DNA of 64,000 bases from an uncultured Phycisphaerales bacterium (GTDB lineage Bacteria > Planctomycetota > Phycisphaerae > Sedimentisphaerales > Anaerobacaceae): positions 1,760,001 to 1,824,000 of the forward strand of contig OY970359.1 of assembly GCA_963718665.1 (NCBI GenBank), read 5' to 3'. Position numbers and translations under genes: made by a program. Positions within the stretch are counted from its first letter, which is position 1; each line of letters begins with the position of its first letter. Under the pieces are notes generated by a model, which was not told the DNA's origin, did not search any database, and saw nothing but the letters and a program-made list of their open reading frames with translations. This document shows, piece by piece, positions 43,701 to 53,398 of this stretch.

Positions 43701-44338
43701 GCGGGGACGGCTGGGCTTATGATATCGGTTACGGCGGGCTCGACCACGTGCTGGCGAACGGCGCGGATATAAACATACTGGTTCTCGATACCGAGGTTTA
43801 CTCGAATACGGGCGGTCAGATGTCGAAATCGACCCCAAGGGGGGCGGTTGCGAAATTTGCCGCGGGCGGAAAGCCGGGGCCGAAGAAAGATATGGGCCTG
43901 CTCGCGATGACCTACGGCAATATCTACGTTGCCAAGGTCGCGTTGGGTGCCAACACAAATCAGGCGGTAAAGGCATTCATCGAGGCCGAAGCATATCCGG
44001 GCCCGTCGTTGATAGTCGCTTATGCCCAGTGCATCAATCACGGCATCGATATGACGATGGGTTACGAGGAGCAGAAAAAAGCGGTGGCCTGCGGGCACTG
44101 GCCGCTGTTCAGGTTTGACCCGCGTCTGAAAGCACAGGGCAAAAACCCGCTGCAGCTTGATTCGAAGGCGCCGACAATCAGGTTCGACGAGTATGCTTAT
44201 AACGAGAACCGTTATAAATCGCTGCTGAAATCGAAACCTGAGGCGGCGGAACGGCTGATGAAACTGGCAAATGGCGACGCGGCGCACCGGTATTCGCTTA
44301 TGGAGCAGCTCGCGAAAATACAGTGCGAAAAAATTTAG
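40745..44338 (+). CDS. nifJ: Pyruvate:ferredoxin (flavodoxin) oxidoreductase
   Basis: YPITPSS, QSEGGAAG, two CxxCxxCxxxCP motifs, GACAGCGE and GGDGWAYDIG. Confidence 0.98.
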   Translation: MATARRMVTIDGNTAAAHVAHATNEVIAIYPITPSSPMGEISDDKTARSERNIWGTIPSVTEMQSEGGAAGAVHGALTAGALTTTFTASQGLLLMIPDMYKIAGELLPTVFHITARSLAAHALSIFGDQADVMACRQTGWGMLCSASVQEVMDFALITQAATLESRVPFLHFFDGFRTSHEIQKVEELSYDDMRAMIPDELVAAVKARALSPDRPMIAGTAQNPDVYFQGREAANNFYTATPAIVQKAMDKFAKIVGRQYHLFDYVGAADAEKVIIIMGSGADTAHETVEYLNSKGQKIGVLKVRLFRPFSVQDFINALPKTVKKIAVLDRTKEPGALGEPLYMDIRTAVGEAMGRKQSPFKDYPVIVGGRYGLGSKEFTPAMVKAVFDNLDAKEPKNGFTVGIIDDVSNTSLDFDESFVLPAEGIYTAMFYGLGSDGTVGANHNSIQIIGQKTDNNAQGYFVYDSKKAGAITISHLRFGKKTIRRPYLITKADFVACHNPSFLEKYDMLSTAKDGATFLMTSMYPADKVWDTLPQEVQKQIIDKKLKFYVIDAISLAKEIGLGARINTIMQVAFFKISNIIPIEKAIEAIKAAIQKSYGKKGERIVAMNNAAVDGALAKVFEVKVPGKVTSKTTKPPVVSKDAPKFVQEVTAEIMALRGDKLPISKLPNDGKWPSGTTKFEKRNIAVDIPAWEPSLCIQCGTCSLVCPHGTIRLKAYDKKYLDKAPKAFKSAEAKGKELAGLSATVQVAAEDCTGCGACVQMCPVQEKDANKQPTGRKAINMTLQEPLRVQERENYKYFLSIPNTDSKLFKRESVKGSQLIMPLFEYSGACAGCGETPYVKLLSQLFGDRAMIGNATGCSSIYGGNLPTTPYTTREDGRGPIWSNSLFEDNAEFSLGMRLTVEKFKQQAVELVDAVAKKGCIDAVFAGEIIAAVAANDPSQDAIETQRGRVAKLKELCKKSNCAECKRLLTLADYLVRKSVWAVGGDGWAYDIGYGGLDHVLANGADINILVLDTEVYSNTGGQMSKSTPRGAVAKFAAGGKPGPKKDMGLLAMTYGNIYVAKVALGANTNQAVKAFIEAEAYPGPSLIVAYAQCINHGIDMTMGYEEQKKAVACGHWPLFRFDPRLKAQGKNPLQLDSKAPTIRFDEYAYNENRYKSLLKSKPEAAERLMKLANGDAAHRYSLMEQLAKIQCEKI

Positions 44339-44419
44339 AATTACGAATGAAGAATTTAGAATTGTTCAGCGTGATTCTTGTTTCTAATTTCTTAATTCTA
44401 AATTCAACCGGGGTTTGGT

Positions 44420-45205
44420 ATGAACAACGTTAAAGCAATCGTATTACGGGCGGCGGGGATTAACTGCGACCTTGAGACGCAGAACGCCTTCGAATTGGCC
44501 GGCGCAACAGCGGACCGCGTTCACATAAACAGAATCATCGAGGACAAATCATTGCTCGATGGCTACCAGATACTCGTTGTCCCCGGCGGGTTCAGCTATG
44601 GCGACGACGTCGCGGCGGGCAAAATCTTAGCCAACCAGATAAAACATCACCTCTACGAGCAGGTGCGGAAATTCATAGACGCGGGCAAATTAGTCCTCGG
44701 TATCTGCAACGGCTTCCAGGTCCTCGTAAAAGCCGGCATTTTACCCGGCGACGGACAGGCACAACAATCTATCACCATTACCTATAACGACAGCAACAAA
44801 TACGAAGACAGGTGGGTATATCTTGCTCCTGTAACCGACAGGTGCGTATTTATCGAAAAGGGCAGGCAAATTTACCTTCCCGTTGCCCACGGCGAAGGCA
44901 AGATTGTTACCAAGGACCAGCAAACTCTCGAAAAGCTCAAAGTGGATGGTTTCATCGCTTTCAAATACGTCGATGAAAATGGCAGCGAGGGCGGATACCC
45001 CGTCAATCCAAACGGCTCTTTTGAATCAATTGCCGGGCTAACCGATTCTACCGGGCGAGTCCTCGGCCTTATGCCTCACCCTGAAAGACACGTTAGATTC
45101 ACTCAGCATCCGCGATGGACGAGAGATAAGAAACGAGAAACGAAGGATGGGGACGGCATAACCATTTTCAATAATGCCGTCAAATACGCTCAGGCAAATC
45201 TCTAA
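44420..45205 (+). CDS. purQ: FGAM synthase glutaminase subunit
   Basis: GGFSYGD, GICNGFQ, AHGEG, NPNGS and MPHPER. Confidence 0.96.
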   Translation: MNNVKAIVLRAAGINCDLETQNAFELAGATADRVHINRIIEDKSLLDGYQILVVPGGFSYGDDVAAGKILANQIKHHLYEQVRKFIDAGKLVLGICNGFQVLVKAGILPGDGQAQQSITITYNDSNKYEDRWVYLAPVTDRCVFIEKGRQIYLPVAHGEGKIVTKDQQTLEKLKVDGFIAFKYVDENGSEGGYPVNPNGSFESIAGLTDSTGRVLGLMPHPERHVRFTQHPRWTRDKKRETKDGDGITIFNNAVKYAQANL

Positions 45206-45211
45206 CGCTAA

Positions 45212-45575
45212 TCAAACCCTTTTTCTTAAAATCACCGCACCGAGGCCGAGCAGCAAAAGCGTGGCCGGTTCGGGAACGTATTCTATAACATAACCTACTG
45301 GTGCATGTGGCGGTCCATAATTAGGAATATCATTCCAAGTTGAAGCCATTGAGTTTGGTGTATGGTTATAGAAAGATAGGAAGTTCTCTATCTCAAAAGC
45401 ATTACTTTGGTTTAAATTCCGCATAGCAAGTATATGTAAAAGGTTCTCCTGTTACCCATTGCCAATTACTAGCAGGTTCAGGACTACCAGTTGGTTGAAA
45501 ACCGCCAAGCCAAGGGCCTACGCTTTCCCTCCTAAACCTGATGTCCCAAAAGTTGGGTATTGCTGCTTGCCACAA
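45212..45575 (-). pseudogene. Remnant of a C-type-lectin-like PEP-CTERM protein (5' truncated, frameshifted)
   Basis: VPEPATLLLLGLG..RKR tail and WND; upstream in another frame GPWLGGFQP..WQWVTGEPFTYT followed by a stop. Confidence 0.7.
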
Positions 45576-45577
45576 TA

Positions 45578-46915
45578 TTATTTTTTGCCCAGAGAACTTA
45601 CATATTTCACCTTCGAACCAATCGCAACCGCCCTGCCGGCAGCCGGACTCTGCCTGGTAACCTTACCTGCATCCACAGTATTGCTGTACTTGGTAGTTAC
45701 GGCGCCAACAACAAGATTGGCGTCAACAATCGCCGTATTTGCATCGCTTGCTGTCATACCCACAACATTCGGCACAATCGGCTTCTTGCCCAGAGATATT
45801 ACGTATTTCACCTTCGAACCAATCGCAACCGCCTTGCCGGCAGCCGGACTCTGCCTGATAACCTTACCTGCATCCACAGTATTGCTGTATTTGGTAGTTA
45901 CGGTGCCAACAACAAGATTGGCATCAACAATCGCCGTATTTGCATCGCTTGCTGTCATACCCACGACATTGGGTACTGTCGGCTTGCCCAAAGAAGACAC
46001 TTTGTAGATTACCGTCGAGCCAATGTTAACCGCTGTACTGCCAGCCGGAATCTGACTGCTAACCAAACCTGCTGCCACAGTTTTGCTGTATTCATTGCCG
46101 CCATTTACGGGCTTCAGACCGACAGATGTGATAGCGGCATTCGCATCAGCCGCTGTCATACCCACAACATTCGGCACAATCGGCCTGCCCAAAGACTCTA
46201 CGTAGCTTACTGCCGAACCAGTCGCAACCACTGTACTGGCAGCAGGATTTTGACTGATAACATTTCCAGCCGCCACAGTATTGCTATATGCTGTGGTTAC
46301 GGTGCCAACCACAAGATTGGCGTCAACAATCGCCATGTTTGCTGCCGCCGCTGTCATACCCACAATATTCGGCACAGTTATCGTCGGCGACGGCGCTGGC
46401 CCCGTCTGGTTAACAGTCACGGTGCTATCAAGGTACATATTTACGCCATCGGTCTCATAGAGCCGCAATGTCTGAGTACCAGCCGCAGTAGCAGTATAAA
46501 CGATGTCGTCAAATATTTGCGTGCCAGCAGCTATCGAGGGCAATACAAACAGGGTTATGCCCCCGACGGTGCCGTCAAGACCTGGAACAAGCGGGAGATC
46601 CATTTGAGAAGCAGGAAATCCTTCGGAAACCATCAGACCGGTTTCCGAAGCAACACCAGGAGAAACTATGCCACTGGTATAGTTAATCGTGCCAAGCGAG
46701 GTCTGACCAACTAATGCCCAGTAGAAGTTATCACCATCACTAGGCCAAGGACCACCCGATATAATGGTAGAACCTACTTCGATACCCAGTGAAAGCGTAC
46801 CGGTACTAGTAATTGTGGTTGCCGAGGTCGCAGCATCACTGACAGTAATCTGCAATGCTGCATTGGCCATCGAGGCCGTCGACAGAACCATCAAAACTAC
46901 TATGAGCCTTTTCAT
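45578..46915 (-). CDS. Secreted protein with four PASTA domains
   Basis: Signal peptide; four VPN(V/I)VGMT..Q.PA.. repeats. Confidence 0.9.
   Translation of the reverse strand: MKRLIVVLMVLSTASMANAALQITVSDAATSATTITSTGTLSLGIEVGSTIISGGPWPSDGDNFYWALVGQTSLGTINYTSGIVSPGVASETGLMVSEGFPASQMDLPLVPGLDGTVGGITLFVLPSIAAGTQIFDDIVYTATAAGTQTLRLYETDGVNMYLDSTVTVNQTGPAPSPTITVPNIVGMTAAAANMAIVDANLVVGTVTTAYSNTVAAGNVISQNPAASTVVATGSAVSYVESLGRPIVPNVVGMTAADANAAITSVGLKPVNGGNEYSKTVAAGLVSSQIPAGSTAVNIGSTVIYKVSSLGKPTVPNVVGMTASDANTAIVDANLVVGTVTTKYSNTVDAGKVIRQSPAAGKAVAIGSKVKYVISLGKKPIVPNVVGMTASDANTAIVDANLVVGAVTTKYSNTVDAGKVTRQSPAAGRAVAIGSKVKYVSSLGKK
45584..45990. repeat. Near-identical tandem duplication of about 200 bp (last two PASTA units)
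   Basis: ATTTCACCTTCGAACCAATCGCAACCGCC.. repeated at 201-bp spacing. Confidence 0.9.
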
Positions 46916-47225
46916 TTTTTCTCCTTTCAGAAGTGGGTTTATTATTTTGGAGCGCCCTGCTCGCACCTATTCTGCTTTGTGGAATTGTTTAAAATACCTC
47001 TTCTGCTATGCCTCATTCTCATTTCCTTCTTTGCCTTTTGCCCCCAGCCAAAGGTGATTTTCATTATACCCTTTACAGCCGGACATTCAAGGAAAACACA
47101 GGCAAAGCGTTGCCTTTTAGGCCATTTTCCGCTAATATGGCACTATATTCAGGTTAAAATCGGGACGACCGGTTTGCAATCGGTTAAGCGGTTTGAGTGG
47201 TAAAAGATTTTGGTTCTGTAAGCGG

Positions 47226-49022
47226 TTAATCGGAGCTGTCGAGGATGCTCATAAAGGCATCCTGGGGGATTTGGACGGCGCCGATATTCTTCATGCGCTT
47301 CTTGCCTTCCCTTTGTCTCTTGAGCACCTTCATTTTTCTGGTAACGTCGCCGCCGTAGAGTTTGGCGGTAACGTCTTTTCTGAACGGCTTGATTGATTCT
47401 CTGGCAATGATTTTTCCGCCTATGGCGACCTGAAGCGGAATCTCGAACTGGTGACGCGGTATGGCCTTGCGCAGGCGAACAAGCATTTTACGTCCCCTGT
47501 TTTCCGCGACGCTTCGATGCACAATCAGCGAAAGGGCATCGACGGGGATTTTGTTGACTAAGATATTGATTTTAACTAGGTCGCCGACCTCAAAACCGAT
47601 GAATTCATAATCCATCGTCGCATAGCCGTGGGAAATGCCCTTGAGTAAATCGTAGAAATCGTAAACGATTTCGGCTAACGGCGCCTTGTATTGCATCATC
47701 ACGCGGTTCTGGCTGAGGTAATCCGTTTTAATCAGTTTGCATCGCCTGCTTTCGGACAATTGCATAATTCCGCCGATTGTGTCGGTGGTGGTGATGATTT
47801 CCAGGCGAACATAGGGCTCGCGCAATTCCTCTATCTGGGTTACGTCGGGCAGGTCTGCGGGCGAATCGATTTTCAGCGTCCGGCCATCGGTTGTGAGGAC
47901 TTCATAGCTGACGGTCGGGGCGGTCTGAACGACGTCGATATCGTTTTCGCGTTCTAAGCGTTCCTGGACGATTTCCATATGCAGCAGGCCCAGGAATCCG
48001 CATCGGAAGCCGAAGCCAAGCGCGGGGGAATTTTGCGGTATGAATGAAAAGCTCGCGTCGTTGAGCGCAAGCTTGTCGAAGGCCAAACGCAGGTTTGGAT
48101 AATCTGTATTGTTGCCGGGGTAAAAATCCGAGAAGACCATTTGCATCGGGGGTACATAGCCGGGCAGGGGTTTTTCGGTCGGGCTTGCGTCGTCGGTAAT
48201 CGTGTCGCCTATGGTGATATCGGACAACTGGCGGACGTTGGCGATGACGTAGCCCACCTCGCCGGCGCTTAGCCGCTCAACTGGGGACATCTTAGGCGTG
48301 AACTTTCCAAGCTCCGTGATGAGGTGCGTTCTGCCTGTACCCATAAACCTGATTTTCTGTTTGACGTTAAGCTCACCGGCAAAGACCCTGACATAGCAAA
48401 TAACGCCGCGATAATCGTCACATTCGCTGTCGAAGACAAGTGCGGCTGTCGGCTTATCACTATTATCCGGCGGAGGAGGAAGCAATGTTACTACTGCGTC
48501 GAGCAGCTCGTGGACGCCCATGCCGGTTTTTGCGCTGATGTGGAAACAATCCTGTTTTCTGATTCCCAGGATGTGCTCAATTTCTTCCGCGGTTATATCG
48601 GGCTGCGCCGAGGGCAGGTCAACTTTGTTTATTACGCCGATAATCTCCGCGCCGGCCTCGGTCGCTAAATACGCGTTGGCGACCGTCTGTGCCTGAACGC
48701 CCTGCGTTGCGTCAACAACCAAAAGAGCGCCTTCGCAGGCGGTAAGGGCACGCGAGACCTCGTAATGAAAATCGACGTGGCCCGGTGTGTCGATGAGATT
48801 GAGCATATAGGTTTTTCCGCCGTGCTCGTAATTCATCGTTACCGCGGAGGCCTTGATAGTAATGCCTCGCTCGCGCTCGATATCCATATCGTCAAGAAGC
48901 TGGTCCTTCTTCTCGCGGTCGCTCACCGCGCCGGTGATTTCCATTATGCGGTCGGCCAGCGTGCTTTTGCCGTGGTCGATATGCGCAATTATTGAAAAAT
49001 TTCGTATTAGCTCCGTACTCAT
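47226..49022 (-). CDS. lepA: Elongation factor 4
   Basis: AHIDHGKST, DTPGH, GFRCGFLGLLH and KLYGGD. Confidence 0.99.
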   Translation of the reverse strand: MSTELIRNFSIIAHIDHGKSTLADRIMEITGAVSDREKKDQLLDDMDIERERGITIKASAVTMNYEHGGKTYMLNLIDTPGHVDFHYEVSRALTACEGALLVVDATQGVQAQTVANAYLATEAGAEIIGVINKVDLPSAQPDITAEEIEHILGIRKQDCFHISAKTGMGVHELLDAVVTLLPPPPDNSDKPTAALVFDSECDDYRGVICYVRVFAGELNVKQKIRFMGTGRTHLITELGKFTPKMSPVERLSAGEVGYVIANVRQLSDITIGDTITDDASPTEKPLPGYVPPMQMVFSDFYPGNNTDYPNLRLAFDKLALNDASFSFIPQNSPALGFGFRCGFLGLLHMEIVQERLERENDIDVVQTAPTVSYEVLTTDGRTLKIDSPADLPDVTQIEELREPYVRLEIITTTDTIGGIMQLSESRRCKLIKTDYLSQNRVMMQYKAPLAEIVYDFYDLLKGISHGYATMDYEFIGFEVGDLVKINILVNKIPVDALSLIVHRSVAENRGRKMLVRLRKAIPRHQFEIPLQVAIGGKIIARESIKPFRKDVTAKLYGGDVTRKMKVLKRQREGKKRMKNIGAVQIPQDAFMSILDSSD

Positions 49023-49067
49023 AAGTTGACCAAGTATAGCATAGGCGGGCAGAAAAAGACACCCCTA

Positions 49068-50216
49068 TCAGGTAGTTGAAAAATCGCACAGGACCGAATC
49101 GGCGATTGGCAATGCCTTTCGTGTCAGGCATAATCGTTTGCTTGTCGTTCGAATCAGGCCAAGTTTTTTATATCTGCCGATTGGCTCTGCGAAGAGTTCC
49201 ATTGCATCGAAGCCGGTTTGTTTTTTGAATTCATCGAGGATTATTCCGCATCGTCTGCGAAGGTTCAGTACGGCGGTTTCACAGGCAACCTGTATATTAT
49301 CAGGAGTTTCACTTTCCGCGGTTACATTTTTTCCCTTCTCAATCGCCTCGATATATTTTTTTATGTCGGCGATGTTTAATGTGCGGCTGCCCTGCCAGTA
49401 TGACCCGGCTGCGGGGCCTATGCCGAGGTAGGGATTGTTCGCCCAGTAATTTAGATTGTGTCTGCACTCGAAACCCGGCTTTGCGAAGTTCGAGATTTCA
49501 TACTGCTTGAAGCCGGCCTTTTCAAGCTCGTCGATGGTCATCTCATACATCTGCCTGTCGGTTTCCTCATCCACCGGCGCAACTTCGCCCGTTTCAACCG
49601 CTTTTTGCAGAGGCGTTTTTTCTTCGTATGTAAGGGCGTAAGCGGAGATATGCCGGACGCCTAAATCAATCGCCGAGTGTAAACTGTGTTTCCACGATTT
49701 CAATGTCGAGTGGGGGATGGCGAAAATCAAATCAATCCCGATATTATCGAAGCCCACCCCTTTTGCCGACCGCACCGCCCGGCCTATATCGGCGACCGAA
49801 TGTTTTCTGCCGAGAAAGGTTAGCTCTTCGGAAGCGAAGGATTGTGCCCCGATTGAAATGCGAGTAACACCCGCGGCGTGTAATTGGCTCAATATGTCTT
49901 TGTTGACTTGGCCGGGGTTGACCTCGATTGTGAATTCTTCGGGTTTTGGGCATCGGCTTGTAATTTCGCCAATTAACCTGAACAATTGTTTTGCCGGCAG
50001 GCAACTTGGGCTTCCCCCGCCTATATAAATCGTTTGAAAAAACGGCTCCTGACCCCTTTTTTCGGTAAATTCGGCGATTAGTGCGGAAATGAGGCGTTGA
50101 GGGGCGTGGTTTTTTATGGGTTCGGAGTAGAAACCGCAATACCGGCATTTGGTCTGGCAAAACGGGATATGGACATATAGGCCGGCAGGTCTGAAATCAT
50201 GTTTTTTACTGTTCAT
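49068..50216 (-). CDS. hemW: Radical SAM heme chaperone
   Basis: YVHIPFC..KC.YC.F, YEISNF and HNLNYW. Confidence 0.93.
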   Translation of the reverse strand: MNSKKHDFRPAGLYVHIPFCQTKCRYCGFYSEPIKNHAPQRLISALIAEFTEKRGQEPFFQTIYIGGGSPSCLPAKQLFRLIGEITSRCPKPEEFTIEVNPGQVNKDILSQLHAAGVTRISIGAQSFASEELTFLGRKHSVADIGRAVRSAKGVGFDNIGIDLIFAIPHSTLKSWKHSLHSAIDLGVRHISAYALTYEEKTPLQKAVETGEVAPVDEETDRQMYEMTIDELEKAGFKQYEISNFAKPGFECRHNLNYWANNPYLGIGPAAGSYWQGSRTLNIADIKKYIEAIEKGKNVTAESETPDNIQVACETAVLNLRRRCGIILDEFKKQTGFDAMELFAEPIGRYKKLGLIRTTSKRLCLTRKALPIADSVLCDFSTT

Positions 50217-50354
50217 CTCCTGATTTTAGCATAAAAGCCGGGCTATAGGCAGATTTAACCTCAAAATTCGAATATTTACGGTCCTAACGCGGCAGCCAAC
50301 TCTGAAAAATATGTAAAATTCTGCCTCAGTGGGGCTTTTGTGGGAGGTTTTTTG

Positions 50355-50383
50355 TTGACCAATTATCAAAAACAGTTTATCAT
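50355..50383 (+). promoter_or_regulatory. Sigma70-type promoter
   Basis: TTGACC-N17-TATCAT. Confidence 0.65.
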
Positions 50384-50387
50384 CTGC

Positions 50388-50600
50388 GTGTGTTTGCCGA
50401 TGCTACTGTGTAGAGCAGCATCGCTCCCCTGTGGCCTGTCACGGCGGTCGTGGCGGACAGAGGGAAGATGATAAAGCAGCACGAGCGAGAACCTGAAAGA
50501 GGTTCGCCCTGTATAATATATATAGGCAACCAATGATGATTTTAACAGGGTGGCAAAGAGGCAGTTAAGCTACATTCAGCCCCGATTAATATCAGGGTAA
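50388..50600 (+). ncRNA. Structured RNA upstream of rny (6S RNA position, or a cis-regulatory leader)
   Basis: Several hairpins enclosed by TTTGCC/GGCAAA, directly after the promoter; ssrS-rny-ymdB synteny is known in other phyla. Confidence 0.45.
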
Positions 50601-50930
50601 AGCAGAAATAGCGTGGAGAATTAGCAGAAATTTGACGTTTCGCCCAAGCGTATATTGAAATTCAGAATGCGAAAATCAGTAAGACATATCAAAAATCACA
50701 ATAACCGCGCCGCGAAAAGTGAATTGTGGCGCGAGTGCGGGTGTAATATTTTGCGAAGTGGCTTTGATATTTGATTTTTAGCGTTTTTTCGCTGAAGCGA
50801 AAGTGTATTCTCCATAGTCGCATTTCTCGGACGCTGACCGATTGGTCGGGTCGATAGCTGGCCTGCCTTTTGTCCCTCGATTCAGATTTTATTAACTGAT
50901 TTTCTAACATTGTACAGGAAGGCAAAAGAT

Positions 50931-52511
50931 ATGGATACGATTCTGATGCAAATGGATGTCTCCGCTATCTTCGCCGTAATTGCCGGTATTTTGGTGGGTG
51001 TTTCGGTAACCTGGATTGCGGTCTGGTTCATCAACAAGGCCAAGACCATGACCTTCCACGAAGACATTGAGCGGCAGTTGGACGGCGCAAAGAAGGAAGC
51101 AGAGAATATAATCAGGTCCGCACAGATTGAGGCGGCGGCTGAAACAATCAAGAAAAAAGAACAGTTCACCGTCGAAGCCAACCAGGTTCGCGCGGAGCTG
51201 CGCGAAACGGAACTTCGACTCACCAAGCGAGAAGATGTCCTGGATAAACAGGTTGAGCAAATTCACCAGAAGGAAAAGGCCATTGAGGAGCAGAACAAGG
51301 AAGTCGAACGCCGGATTAGTACTATCGACCTGAAAGACAAGCAGCTCACGGCGGTTGTTGCTCAGCAGAAAAACCAGCTTTTGAAAATGACGAATATGAG
51401 CGTCGAGGATGCGAGGGAAATGCTTCTCAAACGGCTGGAGGATGAGTGCGAGCTTGAGATGTCCGCCCTGATTCAGCGCAAGGTCGAAGAGGCCGCTGAA
51501 ATCGCGGGCGAAAAAAGCAGGGAGATTATCACCACGGCGATTCAGAGATATGTCGCTGAGCAAACCTGTGAGGCGACGGTTTCGACGGTTGAGATTCCCA
51601 ACGACGATATGAAGGGCCGAATCATAGGAAGAGAAGGACGCAACATAAGGGCGTTCGAAAAGGCAACGGGCGTGGATGTTATTGTGGATGATACGCCGGG
51701 GACGATTATTGTAAGCGGCTTTGACCCGGTCAGGCGCGAGGTCGCCCGCCTTTCGATGGAACGACTGATTCAGGACGGGCGAATTCACCCGTCGCGTATA
51801 GAGGAGCTTGTTGCGGTGGTGAAAAAGGAAATCAACGCCAAGGTCCTGCAGTTAGGCAAAGACGCGGCGGTTGAGACAAACATTCGCGGCCTGAGTAACC
51901 GCGTTCTTAGCACCATCGGCGCTTTGAATTACCGGACAAGCTATGGCCAAAGCGTGCTTCGTCACAGCGTCGAAGTCGCGTTTTTGGCGCAGGTTATGGC
52001 CGATGAGCTTGGCCTGGACGGCTCGATTGCCCGCAGGGCGGGGCTTCTCCACGATATAGGCAAGGCGCTCGACCACGATATTGAAGGCAGTCACCCTGTT
52101 ATCGGGGCGAATTTCCTGCGGAGATTCAATGAGCCGCAGACGATACTAAATGCCGTAGAGGGCCATCACGGTGACATTCCGCCGGATAACCCATATACTC
52201 CTTTGGTTTCCGCCGCAGATGCCATCAGCGCTTCGCGGCCAGGCGCCAGAAGAGAAACACTTGAAAGGTACATCAAACGGCTTGAGAAACTCGAAGAAAT
52301 TGCCAACAGCTTCCCCGGCGTCGAGAACTCATACGCGATTCAGGCAGGCCGGGAGATTCGTGTAATTGTTAACGCGGAAAAAGTTCCGGATGAGTCGGCG
52401 GCAAAAGTTGCCCGCGACATCGCCAAAAAGGTCGAGGCCGAAATGACCTATCCGGGCGAAATACAGGTAACGCTGCTACGAGAGCTTCGCTGCATCGAAT
52501 ACGCAAGATAA
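50931..52511 (+). CDS. rny: Ribonuclease Y
   Basis: N-terminal TM and coiled coil, [15 protein letters not shown] domain, LLHDIGK and SRPGAR. Confidence 0.98.
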   Translation: MDTILMQMDVSAIFAVIAGILVGVSVTWIAVWFINKAKTMTFHEDIERQLDGAKKEAENIIRSAQIEAAAETIKKKEQFTVEANQVRAELRETELRLTKREDVLDKQVEQIHQKEKAIEEQNKEVERRISTIDLKDKQLTAVVAQQKNQLLKMTNMSVEDAREMLLKRLEDECELEMSALIQRKVEEAAEIAGEKSREIITTAIQRYVAEQTCEATVSTVEIPNDDMKGRIIGREGRNIRAFEKATGVDVIVDDTPGTIIVSGFDPVRREVARLSMERLIQDGRIHPSRIEELVAVVKKEINAKVLQLGKDAAVETNIRGLSNRVLSTIGALNYRTSYGQSVLRHSVEVAFLAQVMADELGLDGSIARRAGLLHDIGKALDHDIEGSHPVIGANFLRRFNEPQTILNAVEGHHGDIPPDNPYTPLVSAADAISASRPGARRETLERYIKRLEKLEEIANSFPGVENSYAIQAGREIRVIVNAEKVPDESAAKVARDIAKKVEAEMTYPGEIQVTLLRELRCIEYAR

Positions 52512-52532
52512 CAGCGTATAGCGTATAGATTT

Positions 52533-53384
52533 ATGAAACTGAACATATTATGTATCGGTGACATAGTGGGCAGGCCCGGCAGGCGTATTCTGGCGGACAA
52601 GCTCAAGCAGCTTGTTACCGAGCGTGAGATTGACTGCGTGATAGCCAACGCTGAGAACGCCGCGGGCGGCTCAGGCCTTACGCCGCAGATATATGACAAG
52701 CTTTTACGCTATGGCGTGAACTTAATCACGCTGGGTGACCACACCTATCGCAAAAAAGAGATAGTTACGACTCTTGAGACGCAGGAAAATATCGCCAAAC
52801 CCGTCAACTGGTCGGAGCAGGCGGCGGGCAGGAGCGTGGCGATATACAAGACGGGCAAAGGCCCGGTAGTCGCCGCGATTCCTCTTATCGGCCGGCTGTT
52901 TATGAAACCCGCCGATTGTCCCTATAACGCCATCGATAAATTGCTGCCCAAAGTGCAGCAGCAGGCGGAGATTATATTTATCGATTTTCACGCCGAGGCC
53001 ACAAGCGAAAAAGTGGCGATGGGTTATCATCTGGACGGGCGTGTGAGCTGCGTATTTGGGACTCATACCCACGTTCCGACAGCCGACGAGAAAATAATGC
53101 CCAAGGGGACAGCATATATTACAGATATCGGTATGACCGGCTCACACGATTCGGTGATTGGAAGAGTTACCGAAAGCGTGCTCAAATCGTTCAGGACGCG
53201 GATGCCCGTGCCTTTTGAGGTCGCCACCGGAGATGTGAAAATGAACGGCATATTAGTTACGGTGGATAGTAACACCAAAAAAGCCGAGCATATTGAGCGA
53301 ATCAGAATAAACGCAGATGTTGCCGAGGCGGACCGATACGACAGTGACGATGGCAAGCCCGAATACTACGGCAATTTCGATTAA
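52533..53384 (+). CDS. ymdB: YmdB-family metallophosphoesterase (TIGR00282)
   Basis: GDIVG, NAEN, DFHAEATSEK, GTHTH and TD.GMTG. Confidence 0.94.
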   Translation: MKLNILCIGDIVGRPGRRILADKLKQLVTEREIDCVIANAENAAGGSGLTPQIYDKLLRYGVNLITLGDHTYRKKEIVTTLETQENIAKPVNWSEQAAGRSVAIYKTGKGPVVAAIPLIGRLFMKPADCPYNAIDKLLPKVQQQAEIIFIDFHAEATSEKVAMGYHLDGRVSCVFGTHTHVPTADEKIMPKGTAYITDIGMTGSHDSVIGRVTESVLKSFRTRMPVPFEVATGDVKMNGILVTVDSNTKKAEHIERIRINADVAEADRYDSDDGKPEYYGNFD

Positions 53385-53398
53385 ATGTGGCAAGCGTG

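Noticed and set aside
45459..46714. Repetitive plus-strand ORFs (182 and 384 aa)
   Set aside because: Antisense to the PASTA gene; their repeats only mirror the PASTA duplication
50904..51788. 294-aa minus-strand ORF
   Set aside because: Antisense shadow of rny
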